Below are positions 45,063 through 55,700 of a stretch of 56,001 nt of DNA, in pieces; the first letter of the stretch is position 1, and each line of letters begins with the position of its first letter. Where the stretch lies: the NCBI GenBank assembly GCA_938009745.1, contig CALLII010000012.1, positions 1 to 56,001 on the forward strand, in the 5' to 3' direction. This DNA is from an uncultured Flavobacteriales bacterium. GTDB lineage: Bacteria > Bacteroidota > Bacteroidia > Flavobacteriales_D > CAJJDF01. The notes beneath the pieces were generated by a model. That model ran no database searches. It was given only the letters and a program-made list of their open reading frames with translations, and had not been told where the DNA came from. The position numbers and the translations under genes were made by a program.

Positions 45063-47129
45063 TTAGTTGATAATTAATTTTTTCATGCTCATGTTTCCAT
45101 TTACATTTATTTGGACAAAATAGACACCTTTTGATAATTGGTTCTTTTGGATTTCAAATGTTGTATTTCCTTCATTTAATGTTTGACCTGCTGATATTAC
45201 ACTCACAGTTTGACCAACAGCATTAATTAAGTTTACCGTAACTTCTGATTGTTTAATTAAATCTAACGACAATGTAGTGTTACTAACCATAGGATTTGGA
45301 TATATAGTTGCAGATGATAAGAAATTAGTTTCTTCAACACCAACAGTAGAACTAATGTTTATATCATCAATAAAGAAATTATTTCCACCACCACTAGCCA
45401 TTCTTATTTTAAATCTAAAATTTGGAGTAAAGTAACTATTGTTAATGTTATAGTTTACAGTAGACCAATTAGATGGAAAAAACTCAGAATCAGTAGCTCC
45501 GGTAGTTTGATTTAGACCTCTGGCAATTATCCAATTCTCTCCGCAATCGTTAGATATTAATAATTGTACAACCTCTACCCCAGTAGTTGATTTTCTAGCA
45601 TATGCATATTTAAATGATAAATTTGCAGCACTCATTCCACCGAGGTTAAATGTTCTACTACCTAGTTCACTTGTTGCTCCATTAATGATATTATAGTTAT
45701 TCAACATAGCGCTTTTAGTTCCGCTTGAGCTAGAGTTACTTAGTTTCCAGAAGGTAGTGTCTCCAGAAGTATTTTCCCAATTATCTTCGAACTGAAAGTC
45801 GCTTGTTTCAAATCCTTCGCTAAATGGTGCGCTAGCACCCCAAGAAGAAACAACCCTTATATATCTTTGCTTTGCAACACTTTCTGTTCCACTAGCATTA
45901 GATACTGTTAGGCTTACAGAATGCCTTCCAGGGCTGTTGTAAACCACTATCGGATTTTCTAAATTACTTGTAGAAGGAGTACCTCCTTGGAAAGTCCAGT
46001 TCCAACTTGTAGCATTGTGATAAGAATTATCATTGTACTGAACCGGATTACCTTGGCATACTGTAGTATTTTCAGTGTAAATATCGGCTTTACAAATAAT
46101 GTCAGAAAAAATTCCTGTTGCAGCTTGGTTAGCAGCACTTATTAAATTATTTCTTCCTCCAACACCTGAAAGTAATGCAGATCTCATTCTAGTTTTTTGA
46201 CCTTCAGTAAACATTTTAGAACAATAAGAATATTCCATTACATTTTCTACGTTATCAAGGCTATTACATGTAGTACCGCCTACATTACAGCTTGTCCATC
46301 CAATTGTGTTTGGGGTATCAGATACACCATCATCACCATTACAGTTACTAGCAATACCAGGATTATTAGAGTTACCCCAAGTATGGGCTAAATTAAGCCA
46401 ATGGCCTGCTTCGTGAGCTATTGTGGTATTAAAACCTGGTTGAATAGAAGTTCCAATATTTCCTAAGTATGTATGTAAAACATGTATTCCATTTCTCATA
46501 TCAGCTTGGTATGGAGGTCCAGGTCTAAATGTATAACCTGCGGCACCAGTCGTTCCAAAACTTTTTACAATATAAATATTCATGTATTTGTTTCCAGGAA
46601 AATCTCCATGGGTAGCTTTTACTGCATCTGCGGCAGTGTTTCCACCAGTATTAGCTGCAGCAGAGTTAAAAGTTCTTGTAATTCCACTAAAGCAACTTCC
46701 ATCATTCTTTTTTTGCGCGAATCTAAATTCTATCTCAATATCAGCAGATATATTTCTAAATGCAGGAACAACATTACTTACGTTAGTATTTCTTTTTCTA
46801 AATATATCATTCAAATCATCTAAATCAGATTTTACTTGTGCATCTGATATGTTTTCTGGACCACCTTCGTGAAGTATGTGATAAACTACAGGGATGTAAT
46901 AAACTGTGGCTCTATTTGCAGAATTATTTGCAATGTAGTTAGCAATTGCTGCATTTTGAACAGCTTCAATAGAATCTATTTCTCTTTTAAATTCAGGGTC
47001 AGTTTTAACCCTTTCGTATAATTCATGATCGTGATCACAAAAATTGGATCTATCATTTTGAGAGAACCCTGTTATTGAGGTTAAAGCCAAAAAAGTGGCA
47101 GTAATAAATGTGTTAAAGTTAATTTTCAT
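45063..47129 (-). CDS. M43 (pappalysin/ulilysin-like) zinc metalloprotease with PKD domain and T9SS CTD
   Basis: Signal peptide, pro-region Cys, IPVVYHILH, HEAGHWLNLAH, DDGVSDTP, NVMEY Met-turn, PKD (WNWTFQGGTP), IYPNP...GVYFV...KKLIIN; ATG 47129. Confidence 0.9.
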   Translation of the reverse strand: MKINFNTFITATFLALTSITGFSQNDRSNFCDHDHELYERVKTDPEFKREIDSIEAVQNAAIANYIANNSANRATVYYIPVVYHILHEGGPENISDAQVKSDLDDLNDIFRKRNTNVSNVVPAFRNISADIEIEFRFAQKKNDGSCFSGITRTFNSAAANTGGNTAADAVKATHGDFPGNKYMNIYIVKSFGTTGAAGYTFRPGPPYQADMRNGIHVLHTYLGNIGTSIQPGFNTTIAHEAGHWLNLAHTWGNSNNPGIASNCNGDDGVSDTPNTIGWTSCNVGGTTCNSLDNVENVMEYSYCSKMFTEGQKTRMRSALLSGVGGRNNLISAANQAATGIFSDIICKADIYTENTTVCQGNPVQYNDNSYHNATSWNWTFQGGTPSTSNLENPIVVYNSPGRHSVSLTVSNASGTESVAKQRYIRVVSSWGASAPFSEGFETSDFQFEDNWENTSGDTTFWKLSNSSSSGTKSAMLNNYNIINGATSELGSRTFNLGGMSAANLSFKYAYARKSTTGVEVVQLLISNDCGENWIIARGLNQTTGATDSEFFPSNWSTVNYNINNSYFTPNFRFKIRMASGGGNNFFIDDINISSTVGVEETNFLSSATIYPNPMVSNTTLSLDLIKQSEVTVNLINAVGQTVSVISAGQTLNEGNTTFEIQKNQLSKGVYFVQINVNGNMSMKKLIIN

Positions 47130-47351
47130 AAATATATTCGCTTTTATAATCAAACAATTTCTGTTTTTGACTGACGTAAATGTAATAATTTAATTACACT
47201 ATTATTATTAAAAAAAAGGTAAAAAGTATACTAGCCTACCAGTAAAAAACTATCTTTTTATTATTTATCCCCAAAAACCTCCTTAAATGTTAACGTGATT
47301 AATCAATAAATGTGTACATTTGCAGTTCTAAATTCATCAGGTAATAAAGTT

Positions 47352-48137
47352 ATGGCAAAAAAAATTCAAACGGTAGAAGATAAGTTAAGAGCAATTTATA
47401 CGCTTCAACTTATTGATTCAAGTATTGATAAGATTAGAACAATCAGAGGGGAATTACCTTTGGAAGTTCAAGATTTGGAAGATGAGATTGTTGGCTTAAC
47501 AACTAGAAGAGACACTATTGAGGCTGATTTAGAGTCAGTTGAGACTAATATTTCTGATAGAAAAAACATGATTGTTGATGCTAAAGAAATAATCGAAAAA
47601 TATAAAACTCAACAAGGAAACGTAAGAAACAACAGAGAGTTTGATTCTTTATCAAAGGAGATTGAATTTCAGGAATTAGAAATCCAATTGTGTGATAAAA
47701 AAATTAAAGAATTCAAATATAAGATTGAAAGTAAAAAAGAAGTCTTGATTGAAGCTGCTGAGAGATTAAAAGAAAAACAAGATCTTTTGGATCAGAAGAA
47801 TAAGGAATTAGATGAAATAATTTCTGAAACTGAGAACGAAGAAAAAATCTTACAAGGTAAGTCTGAGAAAGAGGCTAACAAGGTAGATGAAAGATTACTA
47901 AGAACTTACAGAAGAATTAGAGGAGGGGCTAAAAACGGATTAGCAGTTGTTCCTGTTGAAAGAGGAGCGTCTGGAGGATCGTTCATTAGTATCCCACCAC
48001 AAAGACAAATTGAAATTGCTTCGAGAAAGAAAGTGATTTATGATGAGCACAGTGGAAGAATTTTGATTGATGCTGAAATGGCTGAAGAAATCAATGCTGA
48101 TATTGATAAAATGATTACCAAGTTACTGAAAAAGTAA
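47352..48137 (+). CDS. Coiled-coil plus C4 zinc-ribbon family protein (DUF164/CT398-like), Cys-less variant
   Basis: LQLIDS...RGELPLEV, VRNNREFD, Y.RIR...GLAVVPV; SGGS and DEHS at the CxxC positions; TACATTTG -7 element at 47315-47322. Confidence 0.85.
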   Translation: MAKKIQTVEDKLRAIYTLQLIDSSIDKIRTIRGELPLEVQDLEDEIVGLTTRRDTIEADLESVETNISDRKNMIVDAKEIIEKYKTQQGNVRNNREFDSLSKEIEFQELEIQLCDKKIKEFKYKIESKKEVLIEAAERLKEKQDLLDQKNKELDEIISETENEEKILQGKSEKEANKVDERLLRTYRRIRGGAKNGLAVVPVERGASGGSFISIPPQRQIEIASRKKVIYDEHSGRILIDAEMAEEINADIDKMITKLLKK

Positions 48138-48161
48138 TCTCATAATAGAAACCTTAATGAT

Positions 48162-48195
48162 AATGGCTAACTTTGCAAAAGGTTAGCCATTTTTT
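48162..48195 (+). terminator. Terminator-like hairpin containing a -7 promoter element
   Basis: AATGGCTAACTTT-GCAA-AAGGTTAGCCATT plus a T tract; TAACTTTG at 48168-48175 lies in its 5' arm. Confidence 0.7.
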
Positions 48196-48217
48196 ATTAA
48201 ATTTATCAAAAAAAATT

Positions 48218-50758
48218 TTGGGAGAAAAACTCGCACATTTTATACTAAGTTTTAGGATCCCTATCCTGCTATTCTTAGCGTTAATTACATCTTTTTTTGC
48301 ATATCATGCTACCTCTGTTGAGCTGGATTATGAAATGCCAAAGCTACTTCCTCAGGACCATCCTGACAACATTGCTTACCTTGAGTTTAAGGAGATGTTT
48401 GGTAATGATGGTTTCAATATTTTAATTGGAATAAAAGATTCTGAATTTTATACAATTGAAAAATTCAATAATTGGAAGAAGTTTGGAGAAGAATTATCCC
48501 AAATAGAAGGAATTGATTCCTCTTTTTCTGAAGCAAATTTTTATACAATTGAAAAACCAGATAGTAATAAGCCTTTTGCTATTTTGCCAATTTCGCCCGA
48601 TACTGTTAAAAATTCTGCCGAGTTAGATTCAATAAAAAAGAAAATTAGAAGTCTCCCTTTTTATAAAGGAAGCGTTTTTAATGATAAAGAGAACTTCCAT
48701 GCTATGTTACTCATGGTTAACCCAGATTTTTTCAACTCCAAGGAAAGAGGAACTTTTGTAACCAAAATTACTGAGATAGGAGATAAGTATGAAAGTAAAT
48801 TTGAAGGAGAAGTTTACTACACAGGACTTCCTTTTATAAGAGCAAACAACATGATGAAGATTAGCTCTGAGCTAGCTAAATTTATGGTTTTGTCTTTATC
48901 AATTACTATTTTAGTGTTGTTCTTTTTTTTTAGATCTATACGTGTTGTTGGAATATCAGTGCTTATTGTTATGATTGGTGTTGTATGGTCAATGGGAATT
49001 GTTGGGCTCTTAAATTATAAGTTAACAGTTATAATGGGACTTCTTCCTCCTTTAATTATTGTAATAGGAATACCCAACTGTGTGTATTTGGTAAATAAGT
49101 TTCAGCAGCTTTATCTTGAATCAAATGATAAAGAATATGCATTAAAGAATGTAATCACTAAAATAGGTCACATTACTTTTCTTACCAATGTTACCACTGC
49201 ATTTGGTTTCGGAACTTTTATTTTTACAAATAGTAGTTTGCTAGCAGAGTTTGGATCTGTAGCATTTTTCAGTATCATTCTATTGTTTTTACTTACTACT
49301 CTGCTTATTCCAATTTTGTTTAGCTTTTTTAAACCACCAAAAGAGAGGCACATGAGGCACCTCGAGAAAAACTGGATAGGAAAGTTATTGTCTATATTGA
49401 GGCATACCGTAAGGCATAAAAAAAATCAAGTTTTTTGGGCTTCAGGTATTCTTGTAGTAATCTGTATTTTTGGAATTACCTTTCTTAAGCCTTCAGGTAA
49501 AATGGTAGACGATTTACCAAACGGAGATAAGGTGAAAACTGATTTAATTGTATTTCAGGAAAACCTTGCGGGAACAATGCCTTTTGAAGTTGTACTAGAT
49601 GTAAAAACTGAAAAGAATAGGTTTAGAAGAAGTGTATTAACTAAGATTGATAGTGTTCAAAGATATTTAGAATCATTTAACGAAGTATCGAGAACAACCT
49701 CTATGGTTGATGCTCTTAAATTTGTAAACCAATCGGTTATTTATAATGGTAATCCAGAAGATTATAAAATTCCAGAGAATAGATATTTACGCGAAATCTC
49801 TAAAAGACTTGATGCGGATACTATTACTACTGTAGGTATTTCTTTAAGTATGTTTATGGATTCTACCGGAACTAAAACTAGAATTACCTCACAAATTAAG
49901 GATGTGGGAATTGATAGGTTAGACAGTATAATTAATTCGGTTGTGCCTAAAGTAGATGAAATTCTTAATCCAGATAAAGCTCAAATTTTAATCTATTTAG
50001 ATAAAGTTAAGACTGGTAACAAGGAAGAAAAGGTTGCTTACATGGATTCAATGATGTATCAATTTAGAGCAGTTGAATATTCTTATTTAGCAATTTTGAG
50101 AGAATCAGAAAGTCCTATGTATGAAAAGTACGATTTGGATGGTTTGGATTATGCTGAAATTGCATTTAATGATCTTGAAAATCTTGAACAAGCTATAGAG
50201 AACACTTTTATTGGAAACCAAGTAACTGGATTTATTGTACCATTTGCCAAGGGAACTAAGTATTTAATAATTAACTTATTAATCAGTTTGTTGTTAGCTA
50301 TTTTTGGAATTGCATTATTAATGGCATTCTTATTTAGGTCTTTTTGGATAGTTCTTATTTCGGTAGTTACAAATGTTATTCCCCTTCTTTTTACAGCAGG
50401 ATTAATGGGATATTTTGGAGTGGATTTAAAGCCATCAACTATCTTGGTCTTTAGTATTTCACTTGGAATTGCAGTTGATGACGCAATTCACTTCTTGGCT
50501 AAGTTTAAGCAGGAATTAAAACTCAATAACAATGATATCAGCATAGCAGTATACAATGCATTAAAAGAGACAGGTGTAAGTATGTTTTATACGTCAATCA
50601 TTTTGTTTTTTGGGTTCTCAATATTTATTGCATCAAGTTATGGAGGAACGCAAGCGCTAGGTATTTTAGTTTCCATAACACTATTGGTAGCAATGCTTTG
50701 TAACTTGGTTTTATTACCTTCTTTACTTTTAAGATTTAAAAAACGAATAGAAAGATAA
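48218..50758 (+). CDS. MMPL/RND family transporter
   Basis: Two 1+5 TM halves with periplasmic loops; IGIPNC, SISLGIAVDDAIHFL; start placed at TTG 48218 (MGEKLAHFIL), downstream of the hairpin. Confidence 0.88.
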   Translation: MGEKLAHFILSFRIPILLFLALITSFFAYHATSVELDYEMPKLLPQDHPDNIAYLEFKEMFGNDGFNILIGIKDSEFYTIEKFNNWKKFGEELSQIEGIDSSFSEANFYTIEKPDSNKPFAILPISPDTVKNSAELDSIKKKIRSLPFYKGSVFNDKENFHAMLLMVNPDFFNSKERGTFVTKITEIGDKYESKFEGEVYYTGLPFIRANNMMKISSELAKFMVLSLSITILVLFFFFRSIRVVGISVLIVMIGVVWSMGIVGLLNYKLTVIMGLLPPLIIVIGIPNCVYLVNKFQQLYLESNDKEYALKNVITKIGHITFLTNVTTAFGFGTFIFTNSSLLAEFGSVAFFSIILLFLLTTLLIPILFSFFKPPKERHMRHLEKNWIGKLLSILRHTVRHKKNQVFWASGILVVICIFGITFLKPSGKMVDDLPNGDKVKTDLIVFQENLAGTMPFEVVLDVKTEKNRFRRSVLTKIDSVQRYLESFNEVSRTTSMVDALKFVNQSVIYNGNPEDYKIPENRYLREISKRLDADTITTVGISLSMFMDSTGTKTRITSQIKDVGIDRLDSIINSVVPKVDEILNPDKAQILIYLDKVKTGNKEEKVAYMDSMMYQFRAVEYSYLAILRESESPMYEKYDLDGLDYAEIAFNDLENLEQAIENTFIGNQVTGFIVPFAKGTKYLIINLLISLLLAIFGIALLMAFLFRSFWIVLISVVTNVIPLLFTAGLMGYFGVDLKPSTILVFSISLGIAVDDAIHFLAKFKQELKLNNNDISIAVYNALKETGVSMFYTSIILFFGFSIFIASSYGGTQALGILVSITLLVAMLCNLVLLPSLLLRFKKRIER

Positions 50759-50759
50759 T

Positions 50760-52397
50760 ATGGGAAAACGTTTCGCCCTATCTATATCAAGTGGTTTAAT
50801 CCTAGGATTATCGTGGGTAGAAATAACAGGGTTTTTTCCTCTAGTTTTTATTGCTTTAGTTCCTTTTTTAATTTTAGAAGAAGAGATTCTTACAAAGAAA
50901 TTATCATCAGGTAAAGTATATGTTCATGCTTTAGTAATTTTTATACTCTTCAATTTTGTCTCTACTTGGTGGATTTACCACTCGTCTCCAGAGGGATCTA
51001 TTTTAGCTTTTTTATTAGGTTCAGCTCTTGTTGCAATTCCGTTTTGGTTTTTTCATTTAACAAGAAGATATATTGGAAAAAAAGAAGGGTACATAGCTTT
51101 TGTTGCTAATATATTAGCCTTTGAGTGGATTGATTATAATTGGCCACTTTCTCATCCTTGGCTTCCTTTTGGAAATGCCTTTGCTGGCTTCCCCGATATA
51201 ATTCAGTGGTATGAGTATACTGGAACAGAAGGAGGTTCGCTTTGGGTCATTTTAATTAATTTACTAGCTTTTTCTATTTGGAAAAAATATAAACAAGAAC
51301 GAACTATCAAAGCCATAAAAGGACAATTAGTTTTAATAGCTGCTTTATTAGCATTGCCTATTTCTATATCCTATATTATTTTGAATGCTGTTGATACTGG
51401 TGAAAATAATCCAACAATTGGGGTTGTTTTATCACAGCCTAATATCGATCCTTATACAAAGTTTGTTGGTGGTCTATCCGCTTTAGAGCAAACAAAAAAT
51501 ATATTGAAAGTAAGCCAAAGCTCTATTGATGATAACACAAGATTAATTATAGCTCCAGAAACTGCTTTGCCTTCTTCTTTGGAAGAAACGAATATTCAAT
51601 ATTCTGATGAGGTCCAAATGTCTCAAATTTTCCTGAAAAAACATCCCAATGTTAGCTTGTTGACTGGAGCATCTACTCATGAGTTTTTTGATAAAGAAAA
51701 CTCCTCCGCTTCTAAAGCAATGGAGAGTGGTGGTTTTTACGAATCATATAATTCTACTTTACTTATCAATCAATCTGATTCGGTTTCTATTTATCATAAA
51801 ATGAAACTTGTATTAGGTACCGAAACTTTACCCTTTCAGTTTATAACTAAACCTCTAGAAGCTTTTTTCGACTTAGGAGGAACTAGTGGAACTTTGGGGA
51901 CAGAAAAAGCTCCAAAGAACTTTAAAATAGGAAATGCAGTTATAGCCCCTACTATTTGTTACGAATCTATTTATGGAGAGTTTATGGGTGAATTCTCTGT
52001 AAAAGGAGCTAATATGATTTCGGTAAGTACCAATGATGCTTGGTGGCACAATCATAATAAATGCATAGCAAATGGAGGAGATAACAATCAACCATGGCAC
52101 GATACGCCAGGTTACAGACAGTTATTGGCCTATACTCAATTGCGAGCAATAGAAAATAGAAAGTGGATTGCAAGATCCGCTAATACAGGTATTACTTGTT
52201 TCATTAACCCCAAAGGGGAAATAGTTAAATCTGCAGAGTGGGGAATAGCTAATTCTATTGGAATGGATGTTCCATTAATGGAAGGAACTACTTTTTATGC
52301 CCGTAACGGAGATTATATTTCTAGAATAGCATTATTTATAGCTCCATTCCTACTTTTACTTACTTTTGTAAGGCGATTTAAAAATGGTAAAGTTTAA
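50760..52397 (+). CDS. lnt: Apolipoprotein N-acyltransferase
   Basis: N-terminal TM domain, QPNI, nitrilase-fold triad E (APETA), K (YHKMKLV), C (ICYES), NDAWW, RAIENR, RSANTGIT. Confidence 0.93.
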   Translation: MGKRFALSISSGLILGLSWVEITGFFPLVFIALVPFLILEEEILTKKLSSGKVYVHALVIFILFNFVSTWWIYHSSPEGSILAFLLGSALVAIPFWFFHLTRRYIGKKEGYIAFVANILAFEWIDYNWPLSHPWLPFGNAFAGFPDIIQWYEYTGTEGGSLWVILINLLAFSIWKKYKQERTIKAIKGQLVLIAALLALPISISYIILNAVDTGENNPTIGVVLSQPNIDPYTKFVGGLSALEQTKNILKVSQSSIDDNTRLIIAPETALPSSLEETNIQYSDEVQMSQIFLKKHPNVSLLTGASTHEFFDKENSSASKAMESGGFYESYNSTLLINQSDSVSIYHKMKLVLGTETLPFQFITKPLEAFFDLGGTSGTLGTEKAPKNFKIGNAVIAPTICYESIYGEFMGEFSVKGANMISVSTNDAWWHNHNKCIANGGDNNQPWHDTPGYRQLLAYTQLRAIENRKWIARSANTGITCFINPKGEIVKSAEWGIANSIGMDVPLMEGTTFYARNGDYISRIALFIAPFLLLLTFVRRFKNGKV

Positions 52398-52433
52398 TCA
52401 AATTTAAATTCTATTAAATGCACCTCTAAAACT

Positions 52434-52463
52434 TTTGCATTTTATAAATAAAGTATATATTTG
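52434..52463 (+). promoter_or_regulatory. -33/-7 promoter for tRNA-Phe
   Basis: TTTG (52434-52437), an 18-nt spacer, then TATATTTG (52456-52463). Confidence 0.65.
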
Positions 52464-52495
52464 CACTCCTTATTGCAAAATAAGGGAGCAAGGCT

Positions 52496-52568
52496 GGTTC
52501 CTTAGCTCAGTTGGTAGAGCAATGGACTGAAAATCCATGTGTCCCCGGTTCGAATCCGGGAGGAGCCA
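52496..52568 (+). tRNA. tRNA-Phe (GAA)
   Basis: GGTTCCT/AGGAGCC acceptor stem, TAGCTCAGTTGGTAGAGC D arm, ATGGA-CTGAAAA-TCCAT anticodon arm, GGTTCGAATCC T arm; CCA not encoded. Confidence 0.97.
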
Positions 52569-52578
52569 CAAGTCTAAT

Positions 52579-52615
52579 AAAAAATCCCTTCCACGAAAGT
52601 GTGAAGGGATTTTTT
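52579..52615. terminator. Bidirectional intrinsic terminator between the tRNA and sprA
   Basis: AAAAAATCCCTTC-CACGAAAGTG-TGAAGGGATTTTTT. Confidence 0.85.
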
Positions 52616-52713
52616 GGTTTTATAGGTTTATCTTATAATATGAGTTTAGTTGGGTGGTTTAATTACCTTAACACCTTAAGTTGCGTGGGATCTTCTAAAC
52701 TCATTTTTTGTTC

Positions 52714-55700
52714 CTACTGAAACAAATTCACTCTCACTGCGAAACCAACATTCTGGTTCATAGTTGGGAAAGAGGTAGAGATATAAGGAGTATTCATTAC
52801 TCTGTCGTAAAAGAAACGTAAAGTAAATTGCTTGTTAAGTACATAAGTAGCATTTGCTTTAATCGCAATATATCTTTGTCCTGCAGTAATCAAGGTTTGT
52901 TGTTGATCAATTTTTCTGATGATTGTTTTGTTGTTTCTAAATGAAACATCAATTCTACAGTCGATATCACTAATCGGTTGTTTTTTACCAATTTTAATAG
53001 GGAATTTTACATTTTGAAATCTGTATCCTGTTCCAATAGTAATGTCCGTTCCTTTTAATTCGGTAATTTGATTGTTGGTAAGCGATAGCGAAATGTTTCT
53101 GTTAGATCTGTATTCAAACTTAGTAATTAAACTATTTTGCCATGTTGCATCTACTCCAATCAATGGATTAAATTGCTCGGTAATTGCTGCAGCTAATATT
53201 TGTTGTTCTGGTCTAAAGTTATTTGATGCATCACGAGCTTGAGCAGAACCATCTGTATCAATTACAGCTTCTAAATCAGTAGTAAATGATGCAACAGTAA
53301 ATGTAGAGTTGTAGGCATGCTTAAATACAATGTTTCTGAATACTTTTTGTATTGCAGGAAGTCTAGTTAAACCGTCAAAAGTTAATCTCCAGTTTAAGTT
53401 TGGTAGAGCTTCTAATGGATTTAAACTTCTTTTTCCTATCTCTTTTCCAGAATAGGCTGATATAAAGGCAGCTAATATTACTTCTTGCTGATTTCCTCCA
53501 TATCCATCAAAAAATCCATCAGTATCAGTAGCTCTAGTTGAATTTAGATTTCCTCTACTTAGCTCATTAGATGCAATTAGCCTGTTGGCTAATAAATCAG
53601 AAAATAAACTAGATATTCCGTTAGAATCTTCTCTTACAAAAGCAGTTCTTAATGAGTTAAATGAAGAACTAACATTTCCGGATCGCATTGTATTAAAGTT
53701 TCCATAACTTCCTGCAGAGTCATTCCAAATGAAATTCTCATTCATATTTTCGGAATATAAATAGTTAGCAGAAAGTTCTAGTCTTATTCCTTTAAATGGC
53801 TCCAATACTGCTGTTCCATTAAAGTTTTTAGAGTGATTTGTTGTTCTTTGAACGTTTATGAATTTACTTGTTTCACCTACAAGCCATCCGTTAGCAGCAG
53901 CTTGCTGAGCAAAATCACTACCAGTTTGGTTCCCAAAAAAGTCTCTTTCTTGCTCCCCTCCAAATACAAATCCTAGTCCAGGTGTATTCAAATTAGCAGA
54001 TCCAAATAAGTTTGATTCTTGCGCATATCCAGGAAGGAATTGTCCATCAATTGTGCTGTAGCTTAAAGATACTGTTTGAAGCGACATTAATACCTTAGCA
54101 AAATTATCAGCAACCGTCAATTTGTTCGGATCCTTTTTCTTCTTTTTCTTTTCATCTTCCTCACCTTCTTCAGTTTCTTTCCCTTTATCAGTTTCAGAAT
54201 TAGACGAAACTGATCTTGTAGGTCTTTTTCGTGCGTTAGCTCTACTTTTCTGATTTACTTTTTTAAGATATGCTGACTTATTATAAAGTGTACTCATTCT
54301 TAATTGAGCATTCCAAGAGATATTTCTTGAGTTTTGGATAGTATTTCCAAGAGAATCTTGAGACAAAGGAGCTCTTTGCCAATCGTAAGTTGCCTGATAT
54401 TTTGTAGTTAAATCTAAGAAACTAAGGACTGGGATTTTTTTCAATGGCCAAGTATAAGTGATGTTAGCCGATTGTAAGTAGTGGTTGTTTTCACCAAAGT
54501 TTCTTATACTTTCCATCACACTGTCTTTCACAATTTGGAACTCATTAGGATACTTTTCTCTGTCAACTTTTAAGTCACCCGGTTCAGTAATAAATGCTTG
54601 GTTATTGGCAACAAAGTTTAATCTCAATCCCTGCATTATATTCCAATTCACATTGTAGTTTCTGTCCCAAGTAAATGTTTTGGTAAACTGAGGTATTATT
54701 AATGCGTTTCCTGTAATGTCTCTGGCACTAGTTTCTGTATAGGTTCGGTTGATGTTTGTGTTAAAGGCAATCTCTTTAGGTAAGGGATTAATATTTATAT
54801 CTCTTATTATTTGAAACCAAGGAGATGACCTTAAAGATTTAGTATTTCTAAACGGAGTGTAGGGTTTTAGTTTTGTTTGATACGTATAGTTTAAAGCACC
54901 ATTATAGGTTCTACTAACGTTATACTCAGTTTGTATATCTCTCATATACAATTCGTTATAAGCATATGAAAATCCAAAGTTCTGTATGTCCCAAGGGAAC
55001 ATTTTCTTCGATTTCTTAACTGGAGATATCCTCACATTAGTTAAGTTCATACTTTTCCTAACAGTTAAGTCTCGGGCATCTCTAATTCTTTGTAGCTGAT
55101 CCTCCCGTGAGTCGTTTGCAATAGATTGATCAAACTCAATATCTGGGTTAAGTGGATCAAATTGTGGGTCAATTACTCCTTCAGAAAAACCAAGGAATAA
55201 GGGCAATTGAACTCCTGCATTTGGACCAAAAAACTTACCCAATTGGATTGCAGTTGTTGCATCTACTTGTCTAATCGTTTCTCTTTGTCTTTCACTTACT
55301 CTGTCTTCAATTCCTCCAAAACCTGGTGTGCTTAATTGCCCTGCCAAAGAAACCACTGCAAAATCAGCTAAGTTTGCTTGTACTCTTGATTGAACAGCCC
55401 AACCACCTTGGTTATCAAAATCAGACATTCTTAATTCATTCACCCACACCTTTACACATTTATCAGCACCATCATCCGGTTGCCAAGGGTGGTCATTGTC
55501 ACTATTAGGATTTCTTACACCAATCATAATAGTTTTTAAATCTCTTAAGTTAGGATTACCAATTACCTTAATTAAGTGATCTGGTTTTCCAGGAACTGCT
55601 TGTTCAAATACCGAAAGAATATTTGCTGCAGATGAACTTAAAGCATTGTTTCTAGCGATTTTTAAATTCTTTAAATCTTGAAGTATAATTACTAATTCGT

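Noticed and set aside
39788-50758. Hopanoid pathway (B12 radical SAM as HpnP/HpnR plus MMPL as HpnN)
   Set aside because: No squalene-hopene cyclase or other hpn genes in the window, and the MMPL gene is 6 kb away beyond unrelated housekeeping genes.
52496-52714. tRNA-Phe as a prophage or island integration site
   Set aside because: No integrase, no duplicated tRNA 3' end seen in the window, and core genes on both sides.
52511-52720. 69-aa ORF MVEQWTENPCVPGSNPGG...
   Set aside because: It is a translation of tRNA-Phe and its terminator.
3614-55508. Numerous 60-113 aa antisense or out-of-frame ORFs inside long genes (e.g. 3614-3844, 4403-4657, 23461-23730, 25043-25385, 46482-46872, 55326-55508)
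   Set aside because: They are nested in or largely overlap well-supported genes, have no recognisable motifs, and look like typical shadow ORFs.
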